A DNA stretch of 64,000 nt. It comes from Octopus bimaculoides. Taxonomy: Eukaryota. Below, piece after piece: positions 62,160 through 64,000 of the stretch. The stretch covers positions 89,824,799 through 89,888,798 of the forward strand of contig NC_068983.1 in the NCBI RefSeq assembly GCF_001194135.2, written 5' to 3'. Numbering within the stretch: the stretch's first letter is position 1; each line of letters starts with the position of its first letter. Under the pieces are notes generated by a model. It was given only the letters and a program-made list of their open reading frames with translations. It made no database searches and had not been told where the DNA came from. The position numbers and the translations under genes are program-made.

Positions 62160-62520
62160 TATTACTTGTTTTGGCCATGTGGCTGTAGTCATATTGGAGC
62201 ACCACTGCAGTCTTTCTGATTTCCTCAATCTGGGGTATTTCACATTACCACTCCTGTTAGCCCATTTGGTGTATAAGGGAGTTTGATTCCACTGCCTGGT
62301 CTGCACCTCATGCTGGGCTGTTGGTTTATCTGGTATTATGGAGAGGAGTATGTCTAATTCCTTTTTGAAGACATCTACTTCTGCCTTATGTAGATTTCTT
62401 AATTTTTGTGGCAGGGCATTGAAGAGCTGTGTCCAAGGGGGAAGTGAAGACACTTTTAAATTGTTCACTGAGAAAAAGGAGGCATTGGGTAGAAGGCAGT
62501 GGATTGGGGGACACTATGAA
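62160..62520 (-). mobile_element. CR1-group LINE 3' end
   Basis: QLFNALPQKLRNLH..VDVFKKELDILLSIIPDKP. Confidence 0.6.
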
Positions 62521-62699
62521 TTTATAATATTATTATAGTATTGTATACAAATTATATAATATTACATTAAATATCAAATGATTCATAGTATATATAAATT
62601 AGTAAAATATAAAATATTTATTTATACATAAAAATAGGGGTGGGGTGCTGAGGGTATTATGTGGCCATGAGGTAGGCAGTGACCAAAAAAGTTTGAGAA

Positions 62700-64000
62700 T
62701 CTCTGTTTTAGGGTTTGTTTTTATGCTTGCCACAGCTCTGTTCTCTCTCTCTCTGCTCTTTCCTTTTCATGAGAGAGTTTGATCTTGCTTTCAATTTCTA
62801 TGATTGTCTGTACTAAAATAAATTTCTTTCTATCCTTCAGTTGTCTATTCAATTAGTTTGAGATCTTTGATCTGCATCTCATAATGATTTTTCTGTCCCT
62901 GGGAGTCTTGTTTGTCGGTATGCTGGCCTTTCTTTCCAGGGTGTATTTAGTGCTTATAGTTTGTACTGTTGACATAAAACAAAGTTTCAAGTCAATGTCT
63001 ATAAATATATNNNNNNNNNNNNNNNNNNNNNNNNNNNNNNNNNNNNNNNNNNTATATATAAAGAAAATAAAACAAGGTAGAAAATGCTAAATGACCCGTT
63101 GTGGTTGTAATAGTAGTGACTGGAATTGTTCTGAATATATCATTTTTAATATTTGCATGTGTATTATTCTAATAGTGTCATTTGTAGTGGACGCATTCAA
63201 AAGGGGTTTATATTTTGTGATAAAATATGGCTCTTTACTAATATGCTGACTACAGGTTGCATCATCCATGAATTTATAGAGGGGTAAAATTCTGAAGGTC
63301 AGTTGTTTGTTAATAGCGCAAATGTTGATGTGTTCGCTGAATGCTATTTTTCTGCATTCTTGAATTTGATCTGGGATCTATGTAGAGCCATCCTTTGACG
63401 TTTTTTTTTTTTGGTTTGACCTATGTATTGCTCTCGACACCCAAAACAAGTTAATACATATATTAGGTTCTCTGAAGCACATATGAAGTTGCTTTCCACT
63501 GTGAAACGTTGTCCCTGTTTGAAGGAGAACTCCAATCCCTCAATTAAGTTTATGCATATACCACAGTTAGGTCTTCCACATTTTTTTACTGATGGCTTCA
63601 GTGTTGTTGAACATACTTGGGCTTGTGTTAGGAAACTTTTCATAGATTTGGGTTGTCTTTTGTGCTTTATGATGGTGTGTTTAGAGGATTAAATTCATTC
63701 TGTGGTCCCTTTTTTAGTAGGGGAATGTTCTGGAGGATGATGTCGAAGGCAGTCCCCAATTTTTGTTGATAGAAGTTGTCTTTGAAGACAAAGTAGCTAT
63801 TCTCCAAGATGAATTTTAACCCTTCTATCACAAATTTTTTTTTGATGCAATGTAGGAGTTCGTTGACATAATTCCTTAACCAGAATTGAATTGCCTCTAT
63901 TCCTAGGCTGTGGGGGATATTAGAATAGAGATTGACTAGGATACTAGTAGGGTGTTTTTGTTTATTGTTTTAGGGAGGTGATTGAGCATATCTAGGTCGT
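62700..64000 (-). mobile_element. Penelope-like (Neptune-type) element: RT fragment plus GIY-YIG endonuclease
   Basis: FILENSYFVFKDNFYQQKLGTA; CGRPNCGIC..NLIYVLTCFGCREQYIGQT..RMALH; includes gap 63011-63052. Confidence 0.85.

Overview
AT-rich, repeat-dense animal genomic DNA from a gapped scaffold (seven N-runs). The repeat families point to an octopus or other coleoid cephalopod genome, which is an inference from recognition only. The window holds one clear host gene, cyclin F (CCNF/FBXO1), on the + strand. Its 14 GT-AG coding exons from 15440 to 30934 splice into one uninterrupted frame of about 778 aa (F-box, MRYIL hydrophobic patch, two cyclin folds, SGYEGD/PEST tail). The first coding exon is unresolved, and a TE-free 3' UTR probably runs to about 33545. 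The rest is mostly decayed mobile DNA: RTE LINEs (including a near full-length BovB-like copy), two R4/Dong-like elements ending in (TAA)n, Tx1-like, CR1-like and Penelope-like pieces, tRNA-type SINEs, mariner, hAT, pogo-type and piggyBac transposons, a CsRn1-type Gypsy element with both LTRs, a probable solo LTR and several foldback elements. The most interesting observations are: a three-layer piggyBac nest in a CCNF intron, with its empty site preserved in an adjacent duplicate; Asp at the position matching human cyclin F S621; a duplicated frameshifting 5' splice site; a decayed minimal hammerhead ribozyme; a possible divergent CDE/CHR-type promoter; and an intronic hairpin. No clearly novel multi-gene system is supported. 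All human CCNF comparisons are from memory and need checking.
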